This document shows positions 1 through 8,426 of a DNA stretch of 64,000 bases, piece by piece. Position 1 is the stretch's first letter, and each line of letters begins with the position of its first letter. Under the pieces are notes generated by a model. The model saw nothing but the letters and a program-made list of their open reading frames with translations, was not told the DNA's origin and did not search any database. The DNA is from Acidobacteriota bacterium (GTDB taxonomy: Bacteria > Acidobacteriota > Thermoanaerobaculia > UBA5066 > Gp7-AA6): NCBI GenBank assembly GCA_003222385.1, contig QHVV01000113.1, positions 1,352-65,351 of the forward strand, written 5' to 3'. The translations under genes were made by a program, and so were the position numbers.

Positions 1-780
1 GCGCTGGAGCGAACCCAGGTGGTACAGGACGTCCTGCGCGCGGCCCACGGCGAAAGCCGGGATGAGGACCACGCCGTGGCGGGCGACAGTCTCGGCGACC
101 GCGCGCCCGATCTTCTCGCGGGGAGAGCCTTCCGGATGCAGCCGGTCTCCGTAGGTCGACTCGAGGAGAAGGTGATCCGCGGTGTCGGGCGTCTCCGGGT
201 CCTTCAGGATCGGCACGTCCTTCTGTCCGACGTCGCCGGAGAAGACGATCCGGCGCGAATCGACCTCGAAACTGATGAACGCCGCGCCCAGGATGTGTCC
301 GGCTCGGAGGAACGTGAAGGCGAGCCCGGGAGCGATCTCGGTCCGCTGGTGAAAATCGATCGGTTGGAGCAGGCGGAGCGCGCCCGCCGCGTCGTTCGCG
401 TCGAAGAAGGGGAGGGCGGGACGGTGCCGCGAATAACCTTTCTGGTTCGCGTACCGAGCGTCCTCTTCGTGAAGGTGGGCCGCGTCGGGCAGGAGGTACT
501 GCAGAAGTCCCGCCGTGGGACGCGTCGCGTAAACGGGCCGGGAGAAACCGGCCCTCGCGAGGCGCGGCAGATAGCCAGTGTGGTCGATATGCGCGTGGGT
601 GAGCACCACCGCGTCCACCGAGCGTGCGTCGAACGGCGGCGTCGACCAGTTCTTCTCCTTCAGCTCGCTCGATCCCTGGAACACGCCACAGTCGATGAGA
701 ATCCGGCGCGAGCCCGCTTCGAGGAGGTATTTCGAGCCGGTCACCGTGCCGCAAGCTCCCAGGAAGCGGAGCGTCGCCAT
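1..780 (-). CDS. MBL-fold metallo-hydrolase / beta-CASP RNase-like protein (runs off the window edge)
   Basis: Not in the ORF track. Hand translation from the ATG at 780 gives MATLRFLGACGTVTGSKYLLEAGSRRILIDCGVFQG, followed by THAHIDHTG (HxHxDH metal motif). Confidence 0.9.
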   Translation of the reverse strand, partial: MATLRFLGACGTVTGSKYLLEAGSRRILIDCGVFQGSSELKEKNWSTPPFDARSVDAVVLTHAHIDHTGYLPRLARAGFSRPVYATRPTAGLLQYLLPDAAHLHEEDARYANQKGYSRHRPALPFFDANDAAGALRLLQPIDFHQRTEIAPGLAFTFLRAGHILGAAFISFEVDSRRIVFSGDVGQKDVPILKDPETPDTADHLLLESTYGDRLHPEGSPREKIGRAVAETVARHGVVLIPAFAVGRAQDVLYHLGSLQR

Positions 781-870
781 CCGTCGCGGATTATTCGTGG
801 CCGCGATCCAAAGAGCAATTGGAAAGGGAATTGCAGGTATATGATCCGTTGCTTCAATCGGAGGTAGCGG

Positions 871-1143
871 ATGGCAAAAGAAACCCCGTTCGATCGCGCG
901 CGCGATTTCGTCGAAGAGAAGATCGAGCAGACGAAGGAAGTCCTCGGCGACTCGTTCGATGGAGTCGGCGATGAAGTCCGGAAGACCGTCAAGTCGACCG
1001 CGAAGAAGCTCGAAAAGGACTACGGGTACCTCTGGGACGACGTCCGCAAGTACGTGAAGGACAGTCCGGGGACGGCGCTCGCGATCTCCGTCGGGATCGG
1101 CTTCCTGTTCGGCTATCTGCTGCGCGGCGGCGACGACGACTGA
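871..1143 (+). CDS. DUF883 / ElaB-YqjD-like small membrane-anchored protein
   Basis: Charged helical N-terminus followed by C-terminal YVKDSPGTALAISVGIGFLFGYLL; GGAGG RBS upstream. Confidence 0.75.
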   Translation: MAKETPFDRARDFVEEKIEQTKEVLGDSFDGVGDEVRKTVKSTAKKLEKDYGYLWDDVRKYVKDSPGTALAISVGIGFLFGYLLRGGDDD

Positions 1144-1179
1144 CGCGATCGATCCGTCTCTCGCCGTGGCTCGAAGGCA

Positions 1180-1401
1180 GTGATTCGAATCTCTCAGCTT
1201 GAGAAGGCGCTTCCGGACGACGTGCGCCGGACCGTGCGTGATCATCCGCTGATCGCGATCGTCACGGGAGCGCTCGCCGGCTTCTACGTCGGACGAAGCC
1301 ACGGCCGGGAGATCCTGACAGCGCTCGTCGGCCTGGGAGTCTCCGCCGGAGCTGCGAACGCTCGCCGGCTTCTGGGCGTCGAGCCGCGCGGCGCGCGCTG
1401 A
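1180..1401 (+). CDS. small membrane protein, likely partner of the DUF883 protein
   Basis: VRDHPLIAIVTGALAGFYVG resembles the DUF883 C-terminal anchor; same strand directly downstream. Confidence 0.6.
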   Translation: MIRISQLEKALPDDVRRTVRDHPLIAIVTGALAGFYVGRSHGREILTALVGLGVSAGAANARRLLGVEPRGAR

Positions 1402-1439
1402 GTCATTAGCGCGCGCGCTGACCCCAAATTTAGGAAGCG

Positions 1440-1516
1440 GGTGCAGGCTAAAAGCCCGGTGCAGGCTAAAAGCCTGTCCCGCGACATGTCCGGGGGTCCC
1501 CGCGACATAATCCGGG
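1440..1516. repeat. two tandem pairs of short palindromic direct repeats
   Basis: GGTGCAGGCTAAAAGCC at 1440-1456 and 1458-1474. GTCCCGCGACAT at 1476-1487 and GTCCCCGCGACAT at 1496-1508, each followed closely by TCCGGG. Confidence 0.85.
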
Positions 1517-1517
1517 C

Positions 1518-2604
1518 GTGACGTATCGCAAAGCGGGTCATCCCGCGCTCTCGACGTTCGCGTCGAGCGCGGGTTGAGCCTGCAAAATCGGTCAGTTCGA
1601 CCTTTCCGCGCTTCTCGCGAAGCTCCCTCTGCCGGCGGATCCCGCCCTGCTGGTCGGGAACGCGTCCGCCGACGACGCGGCCGTGTACCGGATCAGCGAC
1701 GGGCAGGTGCTCGTCTCGACGGTCGACTTCTTCACGCCGGTCGTCGACGACCCGTATCTCTTCGGCCAGATCGCCGCGGCCAACTCTCTCTCCGACGTCT
1801 ACGCGATGCGGGCGCGTCCGATCCTCGCTCTGGCGCTCGTCGCGTTTCCCACGGCCGTCCTGCCGGAGGAGGTCCTCGAGCAGATTCTCCGGGGCGGAGC
1901 GGAGAAGGTCGCCGAGGCCGGCGCGGTTGTCGGGGGCGGCCACTCGATCGAGCACGACGTGCCCATCTACGGTCTCGCGGTCACCGGCACCGCTAAGGAG
2001 ACGGCAATCACGCGCAACTCCGGCGCGAAGCCAGGAGACGCGCTCGTCCTGACCAAGCCGCTCGGGATCGGCGTGACGGTCTCCGCCGGACGCGCGGACT
2101 CGATCGCCGCGGAAGGAGTGTCCGGGCTCTTCCACCGCCAGGCTCTTTCGGACGCCGGGCGCGAGGAGGTCGGCCGCCGACGCGATGGACGGCTTCGAGA
2201 TCCACGCCGCCACCGACGTGACCGGCTACGGACTGCTCGGCCACGCCCACGAGATGATGGAGGCGTCCGGCACGACCGCGAAATTCCAGCTCGATGCGAT
2301 CCCTCTGCTCTCGGAAGCGCGGCGGATCGCGGCGCGCGGAATCGCGCCGGACGGCTCCCGGTCGAACGTGCGCAATCTGCGGCCGCGGTGCGCCGTCGGC
2401 GCCGGAGTCACGGACGACGACTTCCTGCTGCTGTGCGACGCGCAGACTTCGGGAGGTCTGCTCGTCGCGCTTCCGGCCGGGGAGGCCGAGAGCTACGCCG
2501 CGTCGTGCCGGGAGCGCGGCGCGGACGGGACTGCGGTCGTCGGGCGCGTCGAGGCGCGGGGGAAGTTTCCTCTGGAAGTCGAAAAGAAATCGGAGGGGCG
2601 ATGA
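1518..2604 (+). pseudogene. selD: selenide, water dikinase SelD with in-frame UGA (Sec); frameshifted near 2170
   Basis: From GTG 1518: ...FASSAG-TGA(1575)-ACKIG...DDAAVY...STVDFFTPVVDDPYLFGQIAAANSLSDVYAM...GGHS...LTKPLG. The C-terminal part (HAATDVTGYGLLGH...DAQTSGGLL) is in a different frame (ORF 2185-2604). Could be an assembly error rather than a true pseudogene. Confidence 0.85.
1575..1610 (+). promoter_or_regulatory. putative bacterial SECIS hairpin
   Basis: GGTC-AGTTC-GACC stem-loop (1590-1602) with an apical G begins 12 nt after the in-frame TGA; extendable by AAA/TTT pairs. Confidence 0.55.
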
Positions 2605-2876
2605 AAGAAAGAAACGAGCCGGAGTGGGTCGTGGTGGCGTCGGTCGGAAACGACGAGGAGGCGAGCCTGATCGCCGGCCTGCTGCAGTCCCGCGATATCC
2701 CGTGCGAGGTCGAGGGGCCTTCGACGACGCCGTGGCCCGAGAACCTGGGCGCCTTCGGAATGAGTCGCGTGCTGGTCCCGCCGGAAAACGCCGACGAGGC
2801 GCGGCAGGTCCTCGCCTCCCGGGAGCATCCGGGCCCGCGCTCGATGGACGACGACGACACCGAAACCGGCGAGTAG
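2601..2876 (+). CDS. DUF2007-family putative signal-transducing protein
   Basis: ATG 2601 overlaps the selD stop (ATGA) and has a GGAGG RBS; EEASLIAGLLQSRDIPCEV...RVLVPPENADEARQVL pattern. Confidence 0.75.
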   Translation: MKERNEPEWVVVASVGNDEEASLIAGLLQSRDIPCEVEGPSTTPWPENLGAFGMSRVLVPPENADEARQVLASREHPGPRSMDDDDTETGE

Positions 2877-3710
2877 ATGAACCCCGTGGCCGCCTTCGCG
2901 GCCGCCGCGATGTTGTTCGGGTCCCCGGATCCCGCGACGCGATTCGTTCCCCGGACCGTCCGGGCCGGAGAAACCGCCGTCCTCGTCTTCACCCGCACGA
3001 CCGGCTTCCGACACGAGTCCATTCCCGACGCCATCGCGGCGGTGCGCCGACTCGGGACCGAAAACGGCTTCTCCGTCGACGCGACCGAGGATCCCTCCGC
3101 GTTCACCGACGTCCACCTCGCTCCGTATCGCGCGGTGCTCTTCCTGCTCACGACGGGCGACGTCCTCGGAGACGACGAGCAGGCCGCTTTCGAACGGTGG
3201 ATCCGGTCGGGAGGCGGCTGGGTTGGCGTTCATTCCGCCACCGATACCGAGTACGAATGGCCCTTCTACGGCGAGCTCGCCGGCGCTTACTTCGCGGGTC
3301 ACCCCGAGATTCAGCCGGCGGCGGTCCACGTCGAAGACCGAGCGCACCCCGCGACGTCCGCGGTGCCGGAAAACTGGCCGCGCACCGACGAGTGGTACAA
3401 CTTCCGCGCGAACCCGAGAGAGCGCGTCCACGTCCTCGCCACGGTCGACGAAACTACGTACTCCGGCGGCTCGATGGGCGCCGACCACCCGATCGCGTGG
3501 TGCCAGGAGTTCGCCGGCGGCCGCGCCTTCTACACGGCCGGAGGTCACACGCGGGAGAGCTGGGCCGAACCGCTCTTCCTCGCCCACGTCGCCGGCGGGA
3601 TCCGTTGGGCGGCGGGAATCGAGTCCGGATTTTGCGGGGAGATCCAACGGAGCGTCCCGCGGCGCGTGGCCCCACGATCCGCTCCGCGGCTCGTGACGCC
3701 CCGGAATTAG
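2877..3710 (+). CDS. ThuA domain-containing protein (class I glutamine amidotransferase-like), secreted
   Basis: VLVFTRTTGFRHESIP, GGGWVGVHSATDTEYEWPFY, DEWYNF, DHPIAW and GRAFYTAGGH motifs. Confidence 0.9.
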   Translation: MNPVAAFAAAAMLFGSPDPATRFVPRTVRAGETAVLVFTRTTGFRHESIPDAIAAVRRLGTENGFSVDATEDPSAFTDVHLAPYRAVLFLLTTGDVLGDDEQAAFERWIRSGGGWVGVHSATDTEYEWPFYGELAGAYFAGHPEIQPAAVHVEDRAHPATSAVPENWPRTDEWYNFRANPRERVHVLATVDETTYSGGSMGADHPIAWCQEFAGGRAFYTAGGHTRESWAEPLFLAHVAGGIRWAAGIESGFCGEIQRSVPRRVAPRSAPRLVTPRN

Positions 3711-3731
3711 GGCTGTGCTAGTTTCCTGCGC

Positions 3732-4853
3732 ATGTCTGCGACCGTCCCCGCGGCGGCGGCGCTCAAACGCACGCCGCTCTACGAGCTTCACCGCAAGCTC
3801 GGCGCCAGACTGATCGATTTCGGCGGCTGGGAAATGCCGGTCCAGTATTCCGGCATCCTCGAAGAGCACCGCGCCGTCCGGGAGCGCGTGGGGATCTTCG
3901 ACGTCTCCCACATGGGAGAGCTCGAGCTCACCGGCGAAGGCGCGCTCGCGGCGGTGCAGTGGCTGACCCCGAACGACGTCGCCCGTCTTCCGGACGGCCG
4001 CTGCCAGTACTCCGCTTTTCTGACCGAGCGCGGCACCTTCGTCGACGACCTCCTCGTCTACCGCAAGGCCGCCGATTCGTACATGCTGGTCGTCAACGCG
4101 TCGAACACGCCGAAGGACTTCGAGTGGGCGAAGGCTCACGCCGGTGAAAACGTCCGGGTCGATGACGCGAGCGATCGGTACGCGCTCCTCGCGGTGCAGG
4201 GTCCGCGAGCGGCCGGCCTCGTCTCGCGCGTCTCCTCCGACGACCCCACGGACCTGCCGTACTACGCGTTCCGGGAGACGTCGGTCGTAGGCGCCCCCGC
4301 TCTGGTCTCCCGCACCGGATACACGGGCGAGGACGGCTTCGAGCTGTATCTCGCGCCCGAGCACGCGGAAAGGGTCTTCGGCGGACTGCTGGAAGAGGGG
4401 CGCGGCGACGGGGCAACGCCCTGCGGGCTGGGCGCCCGCGACACGCTGCGGCTGGAAGCGCGGATGGCGCTTTACGGAAACGACATCGACGATACCGTCA
4501 CGCCGTGGGAGGCGGACCTCGGCTGGATCGTCAAAATGAAGAAGGGGGACTTTCTGGGCCGCGACGCGCTCGAGCGCCAGAAGGCGGAGGGCGTACAGCG
4601 CAAGCTCATCGGTTTCGAGATGGTCGACCGCGGGATCGCGCGGCACGGCTATCCCGCGCATACGCCGCACGGAGACGGCACGGTGACATCGGGGACGCAC
4701 TCTCCGACACTCGGCAAGCCGATCGGGCTGGCGATGCTGCCCGCCGGAGCCGCCGCCGTCGGGACCGGCTTCGAGATCGACATCCGGGGACGCAACGCAA
4801 AAGCCCGCGTCGTCGAAATGCCGTTCTACAAGAGACCGAAGGAGGCGCGGTGA
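3732..4853 (+). CDS. gcvT: glycine cleavage system aminomethyltransferase T
   Basis: LKRTPLY, FGGWEMPVQY, FDVSHMGE, SRTGYTGEDGFE, GLGARDTLRLEA. Confidence 0.97.
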   Translation: MSATVPAAAALKRTPLYELHRKLGARLIDFGGWEMPVQYSGILEEHRAVRERVGIFDVSHMGELELTGEGALAAVQWLTPNDVARLPDGRCQYSAFLTERGTFVDDLLVYRKAADSYMLVVNASNTPKDFEWAKAHAGENVRVDDASDRYALLAVQGPRAAGLVSRVSSDDPTDLPYYAFRETSVVGAPALVSRTGYTGEDGFELYLAPEHAERVFGGLLEEGRGDGATPCGLGARDTLRLEARMALYGNDIDDTVTPWEADLGWIVKMKKGDFLGRDALERQKAEGVQRKLIGFEMVDRGIARHGYPAHTPHGDGTVTSGTHSPTLGKPIGLAMLPAGAAAVGTGFEIDIRGRNAKARVVEMPFYKRPKEAR

Positions 4854-5242
4854 ATCCGGAAGAGCTGCACTACACGGCCAGCCACGAGTGGGTCCGGATC
4901 GACGGCGACGTCGGCACGATCGGCATCACCGACTACGCGCAGAAGGAGCTCGGGGAAATCGTGTACTTAGAGATGCCCGAGGTCGGCCACGTGTTCAACG
5001 CCGACGAGGAGTTCGGAACCGTCGAATCGGTCAAAGCGGTCTCGGAGCTCTACACGCCGGTCTCCGGCGAAATCGTGGAAGTCAACAAGGGCGCGGTCGC
5101 GGAGCCCGGGATCGTCAACGACGATCCGTTCGGCGACGGGTGGCTGATCAAGATGAAGCTCACGACCGACGAGGAAGTCGGGAAGCTGATGACAGCCGAG
5201 CAGTACGCGAAATACGTCCAGCAGGAAGAGAAGGAGCGGTGA
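4850..5242 (+). CDS. gcvH: glycine cleavage system H protein
   Basis: GTG overlaps the gcvT stop; HEWVR, IGITDYAQKELG, lipoyl motif VESVKAVSE. Confidence 0.97.
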   Translation: MNPEELHYTASHEWVRIDGDVGTIGITDYAQKELGEIVYLEMPEVGHVFNADEEFGTVESVKAVSELYTPVSGEIVEVNKGAVAEPGIVNDDPFGDGWLIKMKLTTDEEVGKLMTAEQYAKYVQQEEKER

Positions 5243-6618
5243 AGTTCCTCCCGACGTCCGACGCGGACCGCTCCGAGATGCTCCGCGCGATCGGAGTGTC
5301 TTCCGTCGAGGATCTGTTCGCCTCGATTCCAGCGGAGGTCCGCCAGCCGGCCGACCTTCCGCCGCCCCTCTCCGAGATCGAGGTCCGCCGGCTCCTGGGA
5401 TCGCTCGCCGCGCGCAACGCGAACGCGCGCGAGAGCGCCTTCTTCCTGGGTGCCGGGATCTACAACCACTACATCTCGGCGATCGCGGACCAGATGCTCT
5501 ACCGCGCCGAATGGTTGACGTCCTACACCCCGTACCAGCCGGAGGTCTCGCAGGGGACGCTCCAGTCGATCTTCGAGTTCCAGACCCACGTGTGCCTGCT
5601 GACCGGCCTCGACGTGGCGAACGCGTCGCTGTACGAGGGTGCGTCGGCGCTCGTCGAGGCGCTTCTCATGGCGTCGCGGCTCTGCCGCGGCCGGACTCGC
5701 GCCGTGCTCTCGGCCGGCATCCATCCGGAGTATCGCGAGACCGTGCGCACGTATTTCTCGGCCCTCGGTTTCACATCGGTCGAGGTGCCGATCGGCCCCG
5801 ACGGTCGGACGGACCCGAAAGCCCTCGCCCGGGCGGTCGACGCCGACACGTTCGCGGTCGCGATCCAGTCTCCGAACTTCTTCGGGGTCGTCGAGGACTG
5901 GAAGGTCGGTTCGGACGCCGCGCACGCGAAGGGAGCCCGGGCGGTCGCCGTGGTCGCGGAGGCCGTCTCGATGGCGCTCCTCGCCCCGCCGGGCGAGCGG
6001 GAAGCGGACATCGCCTGCGGAGAGGCGCAGTCGCTGGGCGTCCCGATGCATTTCGGAGGCCCCGTGCTGGGGTTCCTCGCCTGCCGCGCCGAGCACGAGC
6101 GCCAGATTCCGGGCCGCCTGGTCGGCGAGACGCGCGACGCGGACGGCCGTCGCGCGTTCTGCCTCACACTTTCGACCCGGGAACAGCACATCCGGCGCGA
6201 GCGCGCGACGTCGAACATCTGCACGAATCAGGGGCTGATGGCGCTCGCCTCGAACATCCACTGCTCGCTCCTCGGGAAAAAGGGGCTGCGCGAGGTCGCT
6301 TTGCAGTCGCACGCGAAGGCGGAGTATCTGAAACGCGAGATCTCGAAGATTCCGGGCTGGCGGATTCCGTTCGGCGCTCCGACGTTCAACGAGTTCGTCG
6401 CCGAGGGACCCGAGCCCGCCTCGCCGCTCCTCTCCCGACTCGCGCGGCGCGGCATCCTCGCCGGAGTGCCGCTGTCGCGCTGGGACCCGGACGCTCCGAA
6501 CCGTTTCTTAGTCGCCGCCACGGAGATGAACACCCGGGAAGAGATGGACCGGCTTGTCGCCGCTTTGAAGGCCGGGGGGACGGGGGACCGCCAGGTCCCC
6601 CGCCAGGATCGCCCTTGA
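5239..6618 (+). CDS. gcvPA: glycine dehydrogenase (decarboxylating) subunit 1
   Basis: GTG overlaps the gcvH stop; FLGAGIY, TSYTPYQPEVSQG, NASLYEG, TREQHIRRERATSNICTNQ. Confidence 0.96.
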   Translation: MKFLPTSDADRSEMLRAIGVSSVEDLFASIPAEVRQPADLPPPLSEIEVRRLLGSLAARNANARESAFFLGAGIYNHYISAIADQMLYRAEWLTSYTPYQPEVSQGTLQSIFEFQTHVCLLTGLDVANASLYEGASALVEALLMASRLCRGRTRAVLSAGIHPEYRETVRTYFSALGFTSVEVPIGPDGRTDPKALARAVDADTFAVAIQSPNFFGVVEDWKVGSDAAHAKGARAVAVVAEAVSMALLAPPGEREADIACGEAQSLGVPMHFGGPVLGFLACRAEHERQIPGRLVGETRDADGRRAFCLTLSTREQHIRRERATSNICTNQGLMALASNIHCSLLGKKGLREVALQSHAKAEYLKREISKIPGWRIPFGAPTFNEFVAEGPEPASPLLSRLARRGILAGVPLSRWDPDAPNRFLVAATEMNTREEMDRLVAALKAGGTGDRQVPRQDRP

Positions 6619-8114
6619 GCGTCTCGGTCGAGGAGAAGAAGGGCCCCGCGCCCGGCGACCGGCGCCATCCCGAGCCGCTCCACGAGCCGCTCGTCTTCGA
6701 GCGCTCAGGCGAGGGGAAAGTCGGTTACTCGCTTCCGCCTCTGGACGTCCCCGAGACGGTCGCGATTCCGGAGGTTCTCTGCCGGCCCGACCTCGCGGGC
6801 GAGACCGAAATCAGCGAGGTCGAGGTCGCGCGCCACTTCACGCGTCTCTCCCGCTTGAACTTCTCGATCGACCAGGCGCTGTACCCTCTGGGATCGTGCA
6901 CGATGAAGCACAACCCGCGCGTCAACGAAGAGGTCGCCCGCCTGCCCGGATTCGCCTCCGCGCATCCTCTCGCGCCCGAAGAGGTCTCGCAGGGGGCGCT
7001 CGAGCTCGCGTGGCGGCTCGAGAAAATCCTGTCGGAGCTGACGGGCCTCGCGCGGGTGACGCTGCAGCCCGCGGCCGGAGCGCAGGGGGAGCTCGCCGGC
7101 ATCCTGATGGTCCGCGCCGCGCTCGCAAAGACGGGAAACCCCCGGACGACCGTGCTCATCCCGGACTCGGCGCACGGGACGAACCCCGCTTCGGCGCACT
7201 TCGCCGGCTACAAGGTCCGGGAGCTCAAGTCGAACGCCCGCGGCACGCTCGATCTGCACGTCCTGGAAGAGGCGATGACCGAAGACGTCGCGGCGCTCAT
7301 GCTGACGGTCCCGAACACGCTCGGGATCTTCGAGAACCAGATCCTGGACATCGCGCGCATCGTGCACGGGAAGGGGGGGTATCTCTACTGCGACGGGGCG
7401 AACTTCAATTCGTTCGTCGGGATCGCGAAACCGGGCGCGATGGGCATCGACGTGATGCACATGAACCTGCACAAGACGTTCTCGACGCCGCACGGCGGAG
7501 GAGGTCCGGGCGCGGGACCGGTCGCGGTCGCCGAGAGCCTGGTCCCGTTCCTGCCGAGGCCGACGGTCGAGCGCCGGACCGACGGCGCGTTCTCCCTCGA
7601 CCATGACCGGCCCGAATCGATCGGTCGGCTGCGGACCTTCCTCGGCAACTTCGGCATGTTCGTGAGGGCGCTCGCCTACATCTCCTCTTACGGGAATCGC
7701 ATCGGCGACGTCGCGCGCGGGGCGGTCCTGAACGCGAACTACATCCGGGCCGGCCTCGCCGGCGTCTATCACCTGAAGTACGACGCGCCGACCATGCACG
7801 AGGTCGTCTTCTCCGACAAGAAACAGACCGCTTCGGGCATTCACGCGATGGACATCGGAAAACGTCTCATGGACTACGGCTTTCATCCGCCCACGATCTC
7901 CTTTCCTCTCATCGTGTACGGCGCGCTCATGATCGAGCCGACCGAGACCGAGTCGAAGACCGGGCTCGACGCGTTCGTCGCCGCGATGCGGAAGATCGCA
8001 CGGGAGAGCGAGGAAGATCCCGAGATCGTGAAAACGGCGCCGCACACGACGCCGGTCCGGCGCGTCGATGAAGTGGGCGCGGCGAGAAACCTGGTGCTCC
8101 GGTGGAGGCCCTGA
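6615..8114 (+). CDS. gcvPB: glycine dehydrogenase (decarboxylating) subunit 2
   Basis: TTG overlaps the gcvPA stop; YPLGSCTMKHNP, DSAHGTNPAS, PLP motif NLHKTFSTPHGGGGPG, MIEPTETES. Confidence 0.96.
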   Translation: MSVSVEEKKGPAPGDRRHPEPLHEPLVFERSGEGKVGYSLPPLDVPETVAIPEVLCRPDLAGETEISEVEVARHFTRLSRLNFSIDQALYPLGSCTMKHNPRVNEEVARLPGFASAHPLAPEEVSQGALELAWRLEKILSELTGLARVTLQPAAGAQGELAGILMVRAALAKTGNPRTTVLIPDSAHGTNPASAHFAGYKVRELKSNARGTLDLHVLEEAMTEDVAALMLTVPNTLGIFENQILDIARIVHGKGGYLYCDGANFNSFVGIAKPGAMGIDVMHMNLHKTFSTPHGGGGPGAGPVAVAESLVPFLPRPTVERRTDGAFSLDHDRPESIGRLRTFLGNFGMFVRALAYISSYGNRIGDVARGAVLNANYIRAGLAGVYHLKYDAPTMHEVVFSDKKQTASGIHAMDIGKRLMDYGFHPPTISFPLIVYGALMIEPTETESKTGLDAFVAAMRKIARESEEDPEIVKTAPHTTPVRRVDEVGAARNLVLRWRP

Positions 8115-8150
8115 CGTCCTGAGCCTGCGATATCCTTCCCCGACACATCC

Positions 8151-8426
8151 ATGAGCGCCGCCTTCCATCGAAGGTGCCCCTTCTGCAGCGGCGACATGCT
8201 GCGGTCGCAAACGCATCAATCCGGCTATACCCACTATTTCTGGAAGAAGCCGTGGAAGCGTTCTTTCCTGGGGTTCGGCGCCGAACGCGTCTACCCGTGG
8301 GCGTGCATGGGGTGCGGCGTCGTTCTCTTCTACCTCGACCGACTTCCCGCGGTGGCCGAGGAGTTCCGCTCGCTCCGTAACGTGGAACGGGCGCGGGAGG
8401 GCCAGCCCGCTCCGCTCAAGCCGTGA
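8151..8426 (+). CDS. small zinc-ribbon-like hypothetical protein
   Basis: CPFC ... CMGC pairs; fills the gap in the operon and overlaps the next start (GTGA). Confidence 0.7.
   Translation: MSAAFHRRCPFCSGDMLRSQTHQSGYTHYFWKKPWKRSFLGFGAERVYPWACMGCGVVLFYLDRLPAVAEEFRSLRNVERAREGQPAPLKP

Noticed and set aside
19..867. 282-aa plus-strand ORF
   Set aside because: Antisense shadow of the minus-strand MBL hydrolase, which has clear motifs.
1440..1516. Possible CRISPR mini-array
   Set aside because: Units are 17 bp or less with essentially no spacers, and no cas genes are present.
1683..2876. 397-aa ORF read as a SelD-DUF2007 fusion
   Set aside because: Produced by the selD frameshift; the middle is out-of-frame Arg-rich sequence, and DUF2007 has its own RBS and ATG at 2601.
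3700..3731. Glycine riboswitch upstream of gcvT
   Set aside because: Only 21 nt separate the ThuA gene from gcvT, and no aptamer consensus is visible.
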